Shown here piece after piece: positions 62,498 to 64,000 of a DNA stretch of 64,000 bases. The stretch is taken from positions 102,984,001 to 103,048,000 of the forward strand of contig CM059432.1 of NCBI GenBank assembly GCA_030390025.1. The letters run 5' to 3'. A model generated the notes under the pieces. The model worked only from the letters and a program-made list of their open reading frames with translations. It made no database searches and had not been told where the DNA came from. Numbering within the stretch: position 1 is the stretch's first letter; every line of letters starts with the position of its first letter. Position numbers and translations under genes: made by a program. The stretch comes from Squalus acanthias. Its lineage: Eukaryota.

Positions 62498-63972
62498 CTA
62501 AAGCCCGCGCAGCCCGTTTACCTGTGTCCGCTCAGCTATGATGCGTGGAAAAGACCCCTGGTAGAGATGGAGGTAGAGAAGCAGAAGGGTAGTTACTTGT
62601 TGGACACGGGAGCTTCATGCACCGTAATTCATACAGATAGCCCCTTTGACTCACCACTGTCTACCAAGCTCCCATTCACATTAGCGGGGTTCACGGGAAA
62701 AGAGCAGGCTGGCGCGTTCTCCATTCCGCTCTCCATTCATTTAGGAGCACTCCACACCACATGAAAGTGCATACTGATGAAATGGCAAGAGGGGGGTGGC
62801 AGAGGTATCCTCGGATCGGATTTCCTAGCGGAACACGGGATCCTCGTGGACCTTAGGAATCACTGTCTCTGGGGAGCCAAGGGTGGGAAAGGCAAGGTAG
62901 TTGTAATCCCAGGGAAGGAAGGAAAAGGGGCCCTGTGTACCATGAAGCCATCCGGAGGCTACGACCTCGGGCTTATGGTAGCGGATGTCCCAACGGACAT
63001 GCAAACGTACGTGTCAGATAATATGCACGCGTTTGCAACCCACAAGCACGATTGTGGAGGGTTACCGGGTTTGAGGTCAGCGTAGACGGGGACCCCATGA
63101 CTCGGCCCCAAAAGCAGTATAACTTCCCCAAAGAAGCAGAACCCGACATGGAGACAGCAATGTCCTCATTGGTGCAGCAGGGCGTGTTGAGGCCAATAGC
63201 CACACACGTGAACTCCCCATTATGGCCGGTAAGGAAGCTGGATAATTCGTGGAGGGCCACGGTGGACTACAGAGTCCTTAACAGTAACATCCCCGCCTGC
63301 GCGCCCACAGTAGCAGCAGTTGCTGACCTAATAGGGAGTATCCCAGCGTCCACGACCACGTTCACGGTGCTGGATATCTTGAACGGTTTTTGGTCCATCC
63401 CGCTGCGGCGAGAGGACCAGTACAAGTTTGCCTTTACTTTCAAAGGACAACAGTACACATGGAACTGTTTGCCACAGGGTTTCCACAACAGCCCCAGTAT
63501 TTTCCATCAGTGTATTGCAGGAAGTTTAAAGGAGTTTAGTCAGCCCAATCAGATAGTGCAGTATGTGGATGATTTGCTCCTGTTCACGGACACAAGGGGG
63601 AGCATGGACCACTGTTAGCCGAGTTATTGGAGCTGCTAGCGAGAAAGGGTTTTAAAGTTAACCCTAAGAAAGCACGGATCGGTCAGCAGGAAGTAAAATT
63701 CCTGGGTCTGACCATTCGCGCTGGGGAAAGAGCCATAGATAAGGCTAGGAGGGAGTCGGTGCAGGAGTTACCGATTCCCAACACCATAATGGGTGTGAGG
63801 TCCTTTCTGGGACTGACCGGTTACTGTAGAGACTTCATCGAGGATTAAGCGGCCACAGCAGCTCCGCTGCTCCGACTTCTCCATAAGGGAGTGGAGTGGT
63901 CTTGGGACAAGGGTTGTCAGGCAGCATTCGAGAAGTTAAAAAGAGATCTACAGACCGCGCCAGCTTTAGGGG
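62498..63972 (+). pseudogene. pol: pro-pol (aspartic protease + RT), ends before RNase H/integrase
   Basis: LLDTGAS, ILGSDFL, NSPLWPVRK, TVDYRVLN, LDILNGFWSIP, LPQGFHNSP, YVDDLLL, RSFLGLTGYCR, APALG. Confidence 0.92.
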
Positions 63973-64000
63973 TGTAAAGATTCGCAATTATCGCGATTCA
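63973..64000 (+). mobile_element. Start of another LTR of the same family
   Basis: TGTAAAGATTCGCAATTATCGCGATTCA matches LTR 5' ends (58989; 17123 minus). Confidence 0.85.

Overview
Vertebrate nuclear DNA, almost certainly from a shark or ray. This is inferred from an HE1-type V-SINE, shark-style CR1 LINEs with an esterase ORF1, and an LF-SINE-like relic. No host protein-coding gene can be supported; most of the window is a deeply nested transposon graveyard. It holds about 8 CR1/L2-group LINE copies (two full-length, one with an unbroken 573-aa RT ORF) and five PIF/Harbinger elements (HARBI1-like nuclease plus a convergent, spliced Myb/SANT gene), with many Harbinger MITEs. There is also a hAT-Charlie derivative, Penelope-like elements carrying hammerhead ribozyme cores, and three solo LTRs. 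At the right end is a decayed retrovirus-like provirus. It has a ~1.68-kb LTR, coiled-coil Gag with a zinc knuckle, an in-frame UGA-CUA gag/pro-pol junction and a class III/loki-like RT. TSDs and TIRs resolve two four-level insertion nests. All alignments were done by eye; family assignments need database or phylogenetic confirmation.
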